A DNA stretch of 64,000 nt from a virus, in IMG/VR virus record IMGVR_UViG_3300027896_000001, positions 110,650-174,649 of that record; one strand, given 5' to 3'. Of the stretch, positions 9,671 through 19,392 are shown piece by piece. The notes beneath the pieces were generated by a model that did no database searches, had not been told where the DNA came from, and was given only the letters and a program-made list of their open reading frames with translations. The first letter of the stretch is position 1; each line of letters opens with the position of its first letter. A program made the position numbers and the translations under genes.

Positions 9671-10394
9671 ATTAATAAGCGCGCTTTGCATTACTTATGG
9701 AAGGCCCAAATTGCTGGAAGAAGCAATTGAAAGCTTTCTCAGGCAGGATTATGCAAACAAAGAAATGGTCATTGTAAATGATCTTCCTGAACAGGAATTG
9801 GTTTTCGATCATCCTCGAATAAGAATTTTTAATCTTAAAAAACGGGTTGAAACAATAGGGGAAAAAAGAAATATCGCCGTTAAGCTGGCAATGGGAAGCA
9901 TCGTTATTTGCTGGGATGATGACGATATAAATCTTCCATGGCGGATGTCTCAGGTTATGAATGTATTTAATTCTGATAAAAACATTAAATATTTTAATTT
10001 AAAAACAAAATGGTTATGGAGAAAAAACAATCTATCATTTAAACAAAGTTTGTGTGTTGGATTGCCGGCAATAGATAAAAAAACTCTTTTATATATTGGT
10101 GGATATAATTCATTAATAAGGGGAGAAGATACCGATTTAAATAAAAGAATAGCATTCAATTTGTTGTCACAAAATATTAAATTAATAGCTTTTTCAAAAG
10201 AAGAATGCCCAATTATTTATCGACAACATACAGGGTATTATCATCTTTCTTCAGTAAGCCACAAACCTGATGCAATGAAAATTATAGAAGATTCTGTAAA
10301 ATCAAAACCAATTAGCGAGATAGTTGTTCTTAACCCTCATTGGGAACAGGACTGGTTGCAATTAACCAAGGAGGCGACATGTTATCAAAAATAA
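9663..10394 (+). CDS. Glycosyltransferase family 2
   Basis: ITYGRP.LLEEAIES..RQDY, EMVIVND, KRN, WDDDD, GED. Confidence 0.9.
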   Translation: MDKLISALCITYGRPKLLEEAIESFLRQDYANKEMVIVNDLPEQELVFDHPRIRIFNLKKRVETIGEKRNIAVKLAMGSIVICWDDDDINLPWRMSQVMNVFNSDKNIKYFNLKTKWLWRKNNLSFKQSLCVGLPAIDKKTLLYIGGYNSLIRGEDTDLNKRIAFNLLSQNIKLIAFSKEECPIIYRQHTGYYHLSSVSHKPDAMKIIEDSVKSKPISEIVVLNPHWEQDWLQLTKEATCYQK

Positions 10395-10960
10395 CACAAA
10401 ATTTTTTCTACAATGAATTTCGTCCAGCTGGTGCTCCTGTTACGTGGATGCCAATTTCTGATTATCAAAATATATTGATCACAATGCTGGCAAACAACCT
10501 GCAAATAGTACGGTCATCTATGCCTCCAGGGTCCACTATGACAATTTCATGTGGAGTAAGAGTTCTGTCAGATTTTAATCGTTTAGTAAGTCAGGGATAT
10601 CATCCGTCTCCTACGAGCGATCATTTTTGTGGAAATGCTGTGCCGGTAGATTCTATTTCAGATAAATTCAAAAGGTATGGTCCTGTATATTATTTTTCAG
10701 TAGGAGCCGCGGATATAATTCCAAACGGAATGGATAACGATTTATTATTCAGAATGGCAGTGCAAATGACATTAAGAGGAGTATGCAGATTCGGACAGAT
10801 AATTAATGAACAGGATATTAAAAAAGGCACAAAATGGGTCCACTTCTCAAATGATTATTCGAGTATATTCTCATCTGATATGGTTAAGTTTCTTAATAAA
10901 CAGCCTTTTTTAACAACAATCGATGGAGGACTTACTTATACGCCATATCTTCCGGTATAG
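10379..10960 (+). CDS. Peptidase M15-like Zn peptidase (possible endolysin or virion hydrolase)
   Basis: S.G.R...N, S.H..G, GAADI and WVH.S motifs; start taken at the ATG after SD GGAGG. Confidence 0.7.
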   Translation: MLSKITQNFFYNEFRPAGAPVTWMPISDYQNILITMLANNLQIVRSSMPPGSTMTISCGVRVLSDFNRLVSQGYHPSPTSDHFCGNAVPVDSISDKFKRYGPVYYFSVGAADIIPNGMDNDLLFRMAVQMTLRGVCRFGQIINEQDIKKGTKWVHFSNDYSSIFSSDMVKFLNKQPFLTTIDGGLTYTPYLPV

Positions 10961-11009
10961 ATTTTTACTCTGTTAATTTGTATAATTAAAATAAACGCTT
11001 GGATCAACT

Positions 11010-12581
11010 ATGCAATTCACATCTGTAGACGTTGTAAAAACAAAAGAAAATTTTTATTATATTGAATGGGGATTTGCTCCAACAACCACGACTCCAGTTC
11101 CAACAACAGAGGCCCCTACAACTCCAGAACCGTTGGTTACCACTACCCCAGAACCGCATCATCCAGGCGGATTGCCTACCACTACCACCATGCCCCCGCT
11201 GTTTGATACAACGACTACGCCTGCGCCGGAATCTCCATCAACATCTCCATCAAGCAGCGCATCATCATCTGCCAGCCCTTCTCCTCCTCCAGAATCAGTT
11301 GATGATTATAATTTCCAAATATGGTGGAGCAGGGATCCTATTTCAGGATTTCTTGCTGTTCAAGATGTTAATGGGGATCCAATTGTAATAGATGGCGCGG
11401 TAGGTCCGCTTTGTTATACGCATCAAATACGTCAATACGATTTTAATCAAGATAATTATTATAAAATTCTTGCTATAAAAAAAGTTGAATTAACTCAATT
11501 TTTCTCTGAAACTGTTTTTATCGGAATGTTCAGCGACGGCATTCATGAGGTAATGAAATACAATGAAGAACTTCTTTACCAGCATTATCAAGGCGAACCA
11601 TGTCTTATAATCAAAAGAAAAAGCTTTGGCGCGCGTTGCCCTGTATGCTGGTCTAAAGAACGCCAACAAATGATAAGATCTCATTGCGATACATGTAAGG
11701 GAACCGGATTTGTTACAGGATATTATCAAGCAATTAGAGAACAGGTTTCCTTTGATTCGGATCCTAAAAAATCTGATTCTCAAAAAGAATGGGAAAATGT
11801 ATATGACACAATAAGGGCAAGGTTATCAAATTATCCTTTAGTGAGGCCAAAGGATTTAATTGTAAATCTTGACAATAATAAAAGATTCGTTATCACTCAT
11901 GTTGAAACAACAAAGCTTCCAAAATTAAGCGAAAGCAAACAGGTACTTTCAAAACAAAATTATATTTTAAGTCAATTACTCACCCTCGAAGAACTTAATC
12001 CGGATGATAATGAATATTTCATAGATGTGGACCATATTCCTGAAGTTCCGCAAGGGGATGAAGGTGGAACAGGAAGCACTATTCCGTTTTTTAATGATCA
12101 TCTTCCGGTAACGGTTGATCCTCCATTATCAATTACAGACAACCATCAACATGTAGTTTTAAATTACAGTTCGGATGATTTTAAATTAATAAATGGAATA
12201 CTGGCTCTTAAAAACAGCACCGGATCGATAGGCACGGAAAGTTATATAGCCGCAGAGGTAATAGCGCCCGCTCTGAAAGTAGTTATTACAAACGGAGATG
12301 GAACAATATCTATTGCAGATTCTTCAGACAAAACGCAGGTTGATAAAGTTGTAGGAATAACATTGAGTGAAGCGGCTATGGGAGGATTGGTTGTTGTTCA
12401 AAAACTTGGAAAACTTGTGAATGTATCATGGAATTGGACAATAGGAAAAGGAATATTTTTTGATGATAATGGCAATTTAACCCAAACAGTTCCAGTAGGA
12501 GGTTATTGGATGAACATCGCAAAAGTGATAACTCCAACTATAATAGAGATTCTTTTACGACTTCCGGTAATACGGGTTTAG
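11010..12581 (+). CDS. Neck/head-closure-like protein with Zn finger, Thr/Pro/Ser-rich insert and C-terminal beta domain
   Basis: RC.VCW...HC..C.GTGF..GYY motif seen in large-myovirus neck proteins; PTTT and SPSS linker; cement-like C-terminal domain. Confidence 0.55.
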   Translation: MQFTSVDVVKTKENFYYIEWGFAPTTTTPVPTTEAPTTPEPLVTTTPEPHHPGGLPTTTTMPPLFDTTTTPAPESPSTSPSSSASSSASPSPPPESVDDYNFQIWWSRDPISGFLAVQDVNGDPIVIDGAVGPLCYTHQIRQYDFNQDNYYKILAIKKVELTQFFSETVFIGMFSDGIHEVMKYNEELLYQHYQGEPCLIIKRKSFGARCPVCWSKERQQMIRSHCDTCKGTGFVTGYYQAIREQVSFDSDPKKSDSQKEWENVYDTIRARLSNYPLVRPKDLIVNLDNNKRFVITHVETTKLPKLSESKQVLSKQNYILSQLLTLEELNPDDNEYFIDVDHIPEVPQGDEGGTGSTIPFFNDHLPVTVDPPLSITDNHQHVVLNYSSDDFKLINGILALKNSTGSIGTESYIAAEVIAPALKVVITNGDGTISIADSSDKTQVDKVVGITLSEAAMGGLVVVQKLGKLVNVSWNWTIGKGIFFDDNGNLTQTVPVGGYWMNIAKVITPTIIEILLRLPVIRV

Positions 12582-12592
12582 GAGAGTGACAC

Positions 12593-13474
12593 ATGCCAAA
12601 AACCAGTGTTATCATACCATCCAGAAATGAAAGATTTCTACAAAAAACAATTGATGATATTCTTTCAAAAGCTACAAAAGATATTGAGGTCATAGCTGTT
12701 CTTGACGGCTATTGGCCAAATCCAGCATTAAAAGAACATAAAAATTTAATACTAATCCATGTAACAGATCCGAGGGGAATGAGGCCGGCAATCAATTCTG
12801 CCGCTCAAATAGCGCGTGGAAAATATTTAATGAAACTAGATGCTCATTGTATGGTCGATAAAGGGTTTGATGAAAAATTAATGGCGGACTGTGATGACAA
12901 CTGGATTGTCGTTCCAAGAAGATACAGTCTTGAGCCGGAAAAATGGGAAATAGCTAAAACTGGAAAAGCCCCTGTTGATTGTCATTATCTTTCTTATCCA
13001 TATCTGAAACCGGAAGAAATCGGAATGCATGGAGTCCCATGGACCGAAAGAGCTAAGGCAAGGATTGATATTTTAATAGACGAAGAAATGTCCTCTCAAG
13101 GTTCTTGCTGGTTCATGCGCAAAGATTATTTCTGGAAATTTGGCGGAATGAGCTGTGAGGGATATGGAAATTTTGTTCAAGAGGCTCAGGAGCTTGGATT
13201 GAGAGCGTGGCTATCTGATGGAAAAATGATGGTTAATAAAAAAACATGGTACGCGCATCTTCACAAGGGGAAAACATATGGAAGAGGATATTATATATCA
13301 CAACCTAAAATGGTTGCAGGCGCAATATATTGCGCAAATTTTTGGATGAGCAATAAATGGAAAGAAAGAAAACACGATATGGAATGGTTTATAAATAAAT
13401 TTTGGCCCGTTCCAACGTGGCCTGAAAACTGGAAAGAACTTCGATTTAATAAGGAAACAAATGAATACTCTTGA
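12593..13474 (+). CDS. Glycosyltransferase family 2
   Basis: SVIIPSRNE, EVIAVLDG, GKYLMKLDAH. Confidence 0.88.
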   Translation: MPKTSVIIPSRNERFLQKTIDDILSKATKDIEVIAVLDGYWPNPALKEHKNLILIHVTDPRGMRPAINSAAQIARGKYLMKLDAHCMVDKGFDEKLMADCDDNWIVVPRRYSLEPEKWEIAKTGKAPVDCHYLSYPYLKPEEIGMHGVPWTERAKARIDILIDEEMSSQGSCWFMRKDYFWKFGGMSCEGYGNFVQEAQELGLRAWLSDGKMMVNKKTWYAHLHKGKTYGRGYYISQPKMVAGAIYCANFWMSNKWKERKHDMEWFINKFWPVPTWPENWKELRFNKETNEYS

Positions 13475-14123
13475 TCGCTCAGAATGGGATAAAGGAAGGG
13501 TTGGAGAATTAGGGTTTTGGAGAAATTTTCTTAATAATAAATCTAAAAAATATTTAATTAATAGACTTCTTCATCCTAGACTTCATTTTATGCTGGGGGA
13601 TAAAAAGGAAGTCAGTATCGCCGATATTGGCGCCGGAGCGATATCTATTATAGGAAACACTTATGAAGGCGTCAAACTCAATATAACTCCTTCTGATTTT
13701 TTAGCTGACGAATACAAACAATTATTAAACGAATTAAATATCCATCCTTTAATTTATACTGAAAAACAGGACATGGAAAAACTAACTTATGACAATAATA
13801 CTTTTGATATAGTTTATTGTCAAAATGCTTTAGATCATTGTTTTGATCCTAAAAAAGCAATATTGGAAATGATACGAATTTGCAAATCTAATGGATGGAT
13901 ATATTTTCGGCATTTTCCGCATGTGGCAAAACATCATAGATATCGTAATTTTCATCAATGGAATATTGACAAAACAAATAATAATGATTGCGTTGTCTGG
14001 AACAGACAGGAACAATTTTTATTATCAAGTTTGGCAAGTGGTTTTAATACTGAAACAGAAACAGGACGCATAGGGATGGTTGTAACAACAGGTAAAAAAG
14101 AAAATCTAAAGGAGGTGTCGTGA
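13461..14123 (+). CDS. Class I SAM-dependent methyltransferase
   Basis: IADIGAG, DME.L.Y...TFDIV...NALDH, E..RI. Confidence 0.85.
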   Translation: MNTLDRSEWDKGRVGELGFWRNFLNNKSKKYLINRLLHPRLHFMLGDKKEVSIADIGAGAISIIGNTYEGVKLNITPSDFLADEYKQLLNELNIHPLIYTEKQDMEKLTYDNNTFDIVYCQNALDHCFDPKKAILEMIRICKSNGWIYFRHFPHVAKHHRYRNFHQWNIDKTNNNDCVVWNRQEQFLLSSLASGFNTETETGRIGMVVTTGKKENLKEVS

Positions 14124-14737
14124 ATTTAATTGAATGCTTGTCGCAAAAATATTCTTTTGATTTGTCTCAAAAATCACCTATACAGCTTCCATTAACGCGA
14201 AACGATCTTACAAAAATATTTAAGGAATTGGGATTTAAAACAGGAGTTGAGATAGGCGTTCAAGAAGGAATTTATTCCGAAATTATATGCCAAAACAATC
14301 CAGAAGTATCTTTGTTTTGTGTTGATCCATGGAAAGCTTATCGTCGATATCGGGATTTTGTAAGTCAAGAAAGACTTGATAAATTTTATGAAACAGCGAA
14401 AAAGAGATTAGAACCTTATAACTGTACATTTATAAAAAAATTTAGCCTGGATGCGGCTAAAGATTTTGCAGATAAAAGCCTAGATTTCGGTTATATAGAC
14501 GGAAATCATGAATTCAGATATGTAGTAGACGATACCGATGAATGGATAAGAAAAATAAAAAAAGGCGGTATCATGGCTGGGCATGATTACAAACGATCAA
14601 AAGGCGATGCTCCATATCATGTAGTTGATGCTATTTCTGCTTATACTTATTCACATAAAGTGAAACCGTGGTTTATTACAACAGAAACAGATCATGATTT
14701 ACCTAGGTCTTTTTTCTGGGAGAAACAATGGATTTAA
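14120..14737 (+). CDS. Class I SAM methyltransferase (Methyltransf_24-like)
   Basis: GVEIGV..G, VDPW, YIDGNH, GG..AGHDY. Confidence 0.88.
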   Translation: MNLIECLSQKYSFDLSQKSPIQLPLTRNDLTKIFKELGFKTGVEIGVQEGIYSEIICQNNPEVSLFCVDPWKAYRRYRDFVSQERLDKFYETAKKRLEPYNCTFIKKFSLDAAKDFADKSLDFGYIDGNHEFRYVVDDTDEWIRKIKKGGIMAGHDYKRSKGDAPYHVVDAISAYTYSHKVKPWFITTETDHDLPRSFFWEKQWI

Positions 14738-15423
14738 CAATATTATTTTACACATCAAATTATATAAACGAATCCTTCGCCAAGGAAATAAGGGATCAGT
14801 TAATAAGAGCTTCCGAAGGAATTCCTATAATAAGTATTTCTCAAAAACCAATGGATTTCGGAGAAAACATATGTGTTGGAGATATTAGCAGATCTCATCT
14901 TAATATTTATAGACAAATTTTAATAGGAGCAAAAGCAGCCACAACGGAGTATGTTGCATTGGCTGAAGATGATGTATTGTACTCTCCAAGCCACTTTACT
15001 TCATTTCGTCCAGACGGAGATACATTTGCATATAATTTAAATAAATGGAGTATTTTTACATGGGTAAATCCTCCAACATTTTCTTATATACCGCGAATGG
15101 TTATTAATGCATTAATAGCCCCAAGAAAACTTCTTGTTGAAGCTTTAACAGAAAGATTTACAAAATGGCCTGATGATACAAAAACACCTGTTAAATATTG
15201 GGGAGATTTAGGTCGTTATGAAAATTATCTTCATGTTACAGTTAGAAAAACAACAACTTTTAATTCTTCTCAATGTAATATTGTGTTTTCGCATACAGAT
15301 GCGTATGGATATCTTGGATTAGGAAATAGAAAAAAAATGGGAGATCAAAGAGTAACAGAATTAGACGGTTGGGGAACCGCATCGGATATAATAAAAATCT
15401 TCAAGGAAAGAAACCATGAATAA
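14728..15423 (+). CDS. GT-A fold glycosyltransferase-like protein
   Basis: VALAEDDVLY (DxD-like); paralogous to the C-terminal half of 17269..18882. Confidence 0.65.
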   Translation: MDLTILFYTSNYINESFAKEIRDQLIRASEGIPIISISQKPMDFGENICVGDISRSHLNIYRQILIGAKAATTEYVALAEDDVLYSPSHFTSFRPDGDTFAYNLNKWSIFTWVNPPTFSYIPRMVINALIAPRKLLVEALTERFTKWPDDTKTPVKYWGDLGRYENYLHVTVRKTTTFNSSQCNIVFSHTDAYGYLGLGNRKKMGDQRVTELDGWGTASDIIKIFKERNHE

Positions 15424-15949
15424 TATAGAAGATATAATATTTACAAATAAAGGTAAATGGCTCATGAAAATGAGCGAACGGTTAATGATATGCGGAATGG
15501 CTTCATTACTACATCCTGCCAGTATTTTAGAACTTGGGGTTTATCTTGGAAAATGTTCTGAGCAACTTTCAAAATTAACACCTATAGTTTATTGTGTCGA
15601 CCCAATGAGGCATGAAGAATTAGCATTACCTTCAAATTGTTATTTTATACAATTAACAAGCGATGAGTTTTTCAAGTGTGTTGCTAAAAACAATACATAT
15701 GATTTGATTATTGTCGATGCGGATCATACAGAGGAAAATGCGTACAGGGATTTAAAAAATTCTATTCAATATGGAAAGTACATTTTAATGCATGATAGCG
15801 CGAATCCTGAGTGCAGGCAAGGATACAAAAAGGCCATACGTGAATGCGGGGATAAAATAAAATTTAAAAATCTCGATTTGCTACCATGTTCATATGTTTC
15901 CACAAAAAATGTTCAATGGGGCGGATTAGGAATAGTAGTAACAAAATGA
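15416..15949 (+). CDS. Class I SAM methyltransferase (Methyltransf_24-like)
   Basis: ILELGV..G, CVDP, DLIIVDADH, ILMHD. Confidence 0.82.
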   Translation: MNNIEDIIFTNKGKWLMKMSERLMICGMASLLHPASILELGVYLGKCSEQLSKLTPIVYCVDPMRHEELALPSNCYFIQLTSDEFFKCVAKNNTYDLIIVDADHTEENAYRDLKNSIQYGKYILMHDSANPECRQGYKKAIRECGDKIKFKNLDLLPCSYVSTKNVQWGGLGIVVTK

Positions 15950-16587
15950 TACCTAAAATTATACATACAGCATGGACATCTAATGATTCTTTTAAAAAAA
16001 AGTATCATAAGTTCAGAGAGTCATGGATAAGATTCAATCCAGATTGGTCGTTTTATTTTTGGGATCAGCATAATTTTCCATGGGGGAAATTTGACAATAT
16101 ATCAAAAGAGTTATTATCGTCAAACAAGGTTCATTACGTTGTTAAATCAGATGTAATCAGGTATGAAATATTAAGACTGTATGGGGGAATCTATGTCGAC
16201 TGTGATGTTGAATGTTTAAAATCGTTTGAACCATTATTAATATACGAATCGTTTGTAGGATATGAAAGATATCCTGATATTATAAGTAATTGTATTATCG
16301 GTGTTGAAAAAGACAACCCAATTATAATAGATATTTCCAGAACATTAAATGAAAAAATTCTAAATCATCGCGATTACAGCAATAAACATCCTCATGTTTA
16401 CGGGGTAGGTTTCGCCGGCAGTAAATTAAAAAATCTATCTATGGTTCTTCCTCAAAACGCGTTCTGTCCATTTTTAGGAGAAAGTCGTCCTAAAAATGTC
16501 AATTCTAAAAATTATCCAGATGCCTATGCTATTCATCATTTTTCAGGAATGGATGATGATGGATGGGTTAAAAACAGAGAGGTATGA
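15946..16587 (+). CDS. GT32/OCH1-like glycosyltransferase
   Basis: MIPKIIH..W, SD..RY..L..YGGIY.D.D, YAIHH. Confidence 0.9.
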   Translation: MIPKIIHTAWTSNDSFKKKYHKFRESWIRFNPDWSFYFWDQHNFPWGKFDNISKELLSSNKVHYVVKSDVIRYEILRLYGGIYVDCDVECLKSFEPLLIYESFVGYERYPDIISNCIIGVEKDNPIIIDISRTLNEKILNHRDYSNKHPHVYGVGFAGSKLKNLSMVLPQNAFCPFLGESRPKNVNSKNYPDAYAIHHFSGMDDDGWVKNREV

Positions 16588-16590
16588 TTC

Positions 16591-17253
16591 ATGAAAGTTG
16601 CTTTGATATCTGCTAATCTTGGAAAATTCTGCAACCATAATGAATGGGAAAAACAGGAAATAAATCCTGATATCGAATTATCGATATTTAGATTGGATGA
16701 TAATAATTTTCCTCCCAGAGATAAATCTCTTACTTCAAGGATGCAGGCGAAAATACCCAAAGTATTTGGATGGCAGATGTTTCCAGGATTTGATTATTAC
16801 ATATGGATAGATGCGCGCTTCGAGGTAAAAAAAGGATTTGTACAATGGATGGTTGATCAAAATAAAAATTTTGATTGTTCGTTCTTTACTCATCCATGGA
16901 GACATTCGATAAAAGAAGAAGCCGACATGATGAATATTGCATTAAAATCAAAATTTCATAATCATTATGATTATATTCAATCAAGATATACTGGAGAATT
17001 TATAGATGAACAACTAGAAATAATTTTCAAAGACAAATCTTATAAAGACAATTACCTTCTTGCGGCGACAACTTTTATTTATAAAAATAACGATGTCATG
17101 AAAAACATATTATCAGAATGGTGGCTTCACATTTCAAGATACTGCATCATGGATCAGTTTATTCTTCCTTATTTATTGAGACAATATAAATGCAATCTTA
17201 ACATTATTCAAGACGATGTTTTTCATGCTAAACATGCTAAATACATCAAATGA
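16591..17253 (+). CDS. TOD1/MUCI70-like (DUF616) glycosyltransferase-like protein
   Basis: K.PK, YYIWIDA, F.HP.R.SI.EE, W......DQ..LPY. Confidence 0.7.
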   Translation: MKVALISANLGKFCNHNEWEKQEINPDIELSIFRLDDNNFPPRDKSLTSRMQAKIPKVFGWQMFPGFDYYIWIDARFEVKKGFVQWMVDQNKNFDCSFFTHPWRHSIKEEADMMNIALKSKFHNHYDYIQSRYTGEFIDEQLEIIFKDKSYKDNYLLAATTFIYKNNDVMKNILSEWWLHISRYCIMDQFILPYLLRQYKCNLNIIQDDVFHAKHAKYIK

Positions 17254-17268
17254 AAGGACATCAAAATC

Positions 17269-18882
17269 ATGGACCTGTCAATAGTAATTCCTGCCCGTAA
17301 TGAAGAATTTTTGCAACAGACAATTGATTCTATTGTAAAAGGAATCAAAGCTGATACAGAAGTAATTGCCGTTCTTGATGGGTATTGGCCGGTAGGGGGA
17401 ATTAAAGATCATCCGAGAGTAAGGCTTATTCACCATTCTGAATCAATAGGACAAAGAGCCGCCACCAATGAAGGGGTAAGATTAAGCGAAGCAAAATATA
17501 TAATGAAGATTGATGCGCATTGCGCCATCGATGAGGGTTTCGATGTAAAATTAATGGCTGATATTCAACATGATTGGACCGTTATCCCAAGGATGTACAA
17601 CCTTCATGTGTTCGACTGGAAATGTCAAAAATGCGGAAATAAAACTTATCAGGGCCCAAAGCCAATAAAATGCGAAAAATGCGATAATAAAACTGAATTT
17701 GAAAGAATAATCGTCTGGACTCCACGCTGGAATAGAATGTCGGATTTTGCCAGGTTCGACAGCACTCTTCATTTTCAATACTGGGGAGAGTACAAGCGTC
17801 GCCCTGAGGCGCAAGGCGACATATGCGATACCATGTGTCAGATAGGCGCATGCTGGATGATGGAAAGAAACAGATATTGGGAAATAGGAGGACTTGATGA
17901 GAATCATGGATCTTGGGGACAAATGGGTGTGGAAATTTCCTGTAAATCATGGCTATCAGGAGGAAGGCAAGTAGTAAATAAAAAAACGTGGTTCAGTCAT
18001 CTTTTCAGAACACAGCCCGGTTTTGGATTTCCTTATCCCAACCCAGGAGTAAATAAAGCAAGAGAATATTCAAGACAATTATGGATGGAAAATAAATGGG
18101 ACAAAGCAATACATAAACTTCCATGGTTAATAAAAAAATTTGCCCCGGTTCCTGATTGGCCAAGCGAAACCGATAAAAAAATATCAAAAGGCGTAGTGTA
18201 TTATACCGACAATCTTTGCGATCCAATGATAAGAGATGTTGTTCAAAAAAATCTTAAACAACGTTGTAATGGTTTTGATGTAGTATCCGTGTCTCTTAAG
18301 CCAATTGAATTTGGAAGGAATATTGTTCTTCCTCTTGAGCGTGGAATCCTTACAATGTTCAAACAAATATTGGCAGGGCTGGAAACCAATACTGCTGAAA
18401 TAATTTATTTATGTGAACACGATGTTATTTATCATGAAAGTCATTTTGATTTTATTCCACCAAGAAACGATACTTATTATTATAATGAGAATACATGGAA
18501 GGTCGACGCTACAACAGGACAAGCTTTATTTTATTATTGTAAACAAACATCAGGACTTTGTGCTTATCGCACTCTTCTCATAGAACATTATAAAAAACGT
18601 ATTGCAAGAATGGAAAAAGAAGGAAGGTATGAAAGAAGTGTTGGTTTTGAACCTGGAACTCATAAATTTCCGCGCGGCATTGATGAACACGGGGCTGAGA
18701 AATATTTTTCTGAATTACCAAATATAGATATAAGACATACGACTAATTTGACAAAAAACCGTTGGAGTCAGGATGAATTTCGAAACAAAAATTCATGTCT
18801 TGGATGGAAAATGTCGGATGAGGTTCCGGGGTGGGGAAAATCAAAAGGAAGGTTCAAAGACTTTTTACTGGAGGTGTTATGA
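17269..18882 (+). CDS. Two-domain glycosyltransferase (GT2 plus second GT-A domain) with Zn-ribbon insert
   Basis: LSIVIPARNE, KIDAH, CQKC...CEKC, second domain with EHDVIY. Confidence 0.85.
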   Translation: MDLSIVIPARNEEFLQQTIDSIVKGIKADTEVIAVLDGYWPVGGIKDHPRVRLIHHSESIGQRAATNEGVRLSEAKYIMKIDAHCAIDEGFDVKLMADIQHDWTVIPRMYNLHVFDWKCQKCGNKTYQGPKPIKCEKCDNKTEFERIIVWTPRWNRMSDFARFDSTLHFQYWGEYKRRPEAQGDICDTMCQIGACWMMERNRYWEIGGLDENHGSWGQMGVEISCKSWLSGGRQVVNKKTWFSHLFRTQPGFGFPYPNPGVNKAREYSRQLWMENKWDKAIHKLPWLIKKFAPVPDWPSETDKKISKGVVYYTDNLCDPMIRDVVQKNLKQRCNGFDVVSVSLKPIEFGRNIVLPLERGILTMFKQILAGLETNTAEIIYLCEHDVIYHESHFDFIPPRNDTYYYNENTWKVDATTGQALFYYCKQTSGLCAYRTLLIEHYKKRIARMEKEGRYERSVGFEPGTHKFPRGIDEHGAEKYFSELPNIDIRHTTNLTKNRWSQDEFRNKNSCLGWKMSDEVPGWGKSKGRFKDFLLEVL

Positions 18883-19361
18883 GTTTTGTAGTTGTATTCA
18901 GTAAAGCAACCGGTAGAATACGTTCGATTTTTGTTCCTGATGATGATGAACAAATAAAAAATCTTAAATATTTGGACGGAGAAGATCATGTTATTTTAGA
19001 TGATAAAGATAAACTTCCACTTCCTGAACTTCAGGAATTAATTAATAAACAAACAGGAATTATCCCAAAAGACGACAGATATGCGGTAGTAGATGCGGCA
19101 GGAGAAGTAAAAGCTGTAATAATTGCCGATCCGTTATGTGGAGATGAAATAAAAGATCATGAATTAATTACTTCAACAGAAGCTGAGGTAGGACACACTT
19201 GGGATAAAGATGCCCATGTATTTGTTCCTCCAGTAAAGGCGGCAACAACAACTCCTGCGCCAACAACTTCTGTTCCAACAACTCCTGCCCCAACAACCAA
19301 AGACCCTTCAATTAAAGATGATTTAATAGAGGATTTTGTCCCTTCAGCGGGACCAGAATAA
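18879..19361 (+). CDS. Fibre-associated/assembly-like protein with TTPAP tail
   Basis: YAVVD..G.V..VI ... G..WD...FVPP pattern often found next to Gly-rich fibre genes; start at the ATG after GGAGG. Confidence 0.5.
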   Translation: MSFVVVFSKATGRIRSIFVPDDDEQIKNLKYLDGEDHVILDDKDKLPLPELQELINKQTGIIPKDDRYAVVDAAGEVKAVIIADPLCGDEIKDHELITSTEAEVGHTWDKDAHVFVPPVKAATTTPAPTTSVPTTPAPTTKDPSIKDDLIEDFVPSAGPE

Positions 19362-19392
19362 TAAATACATTTTTAATTATGCGAAATAAATT

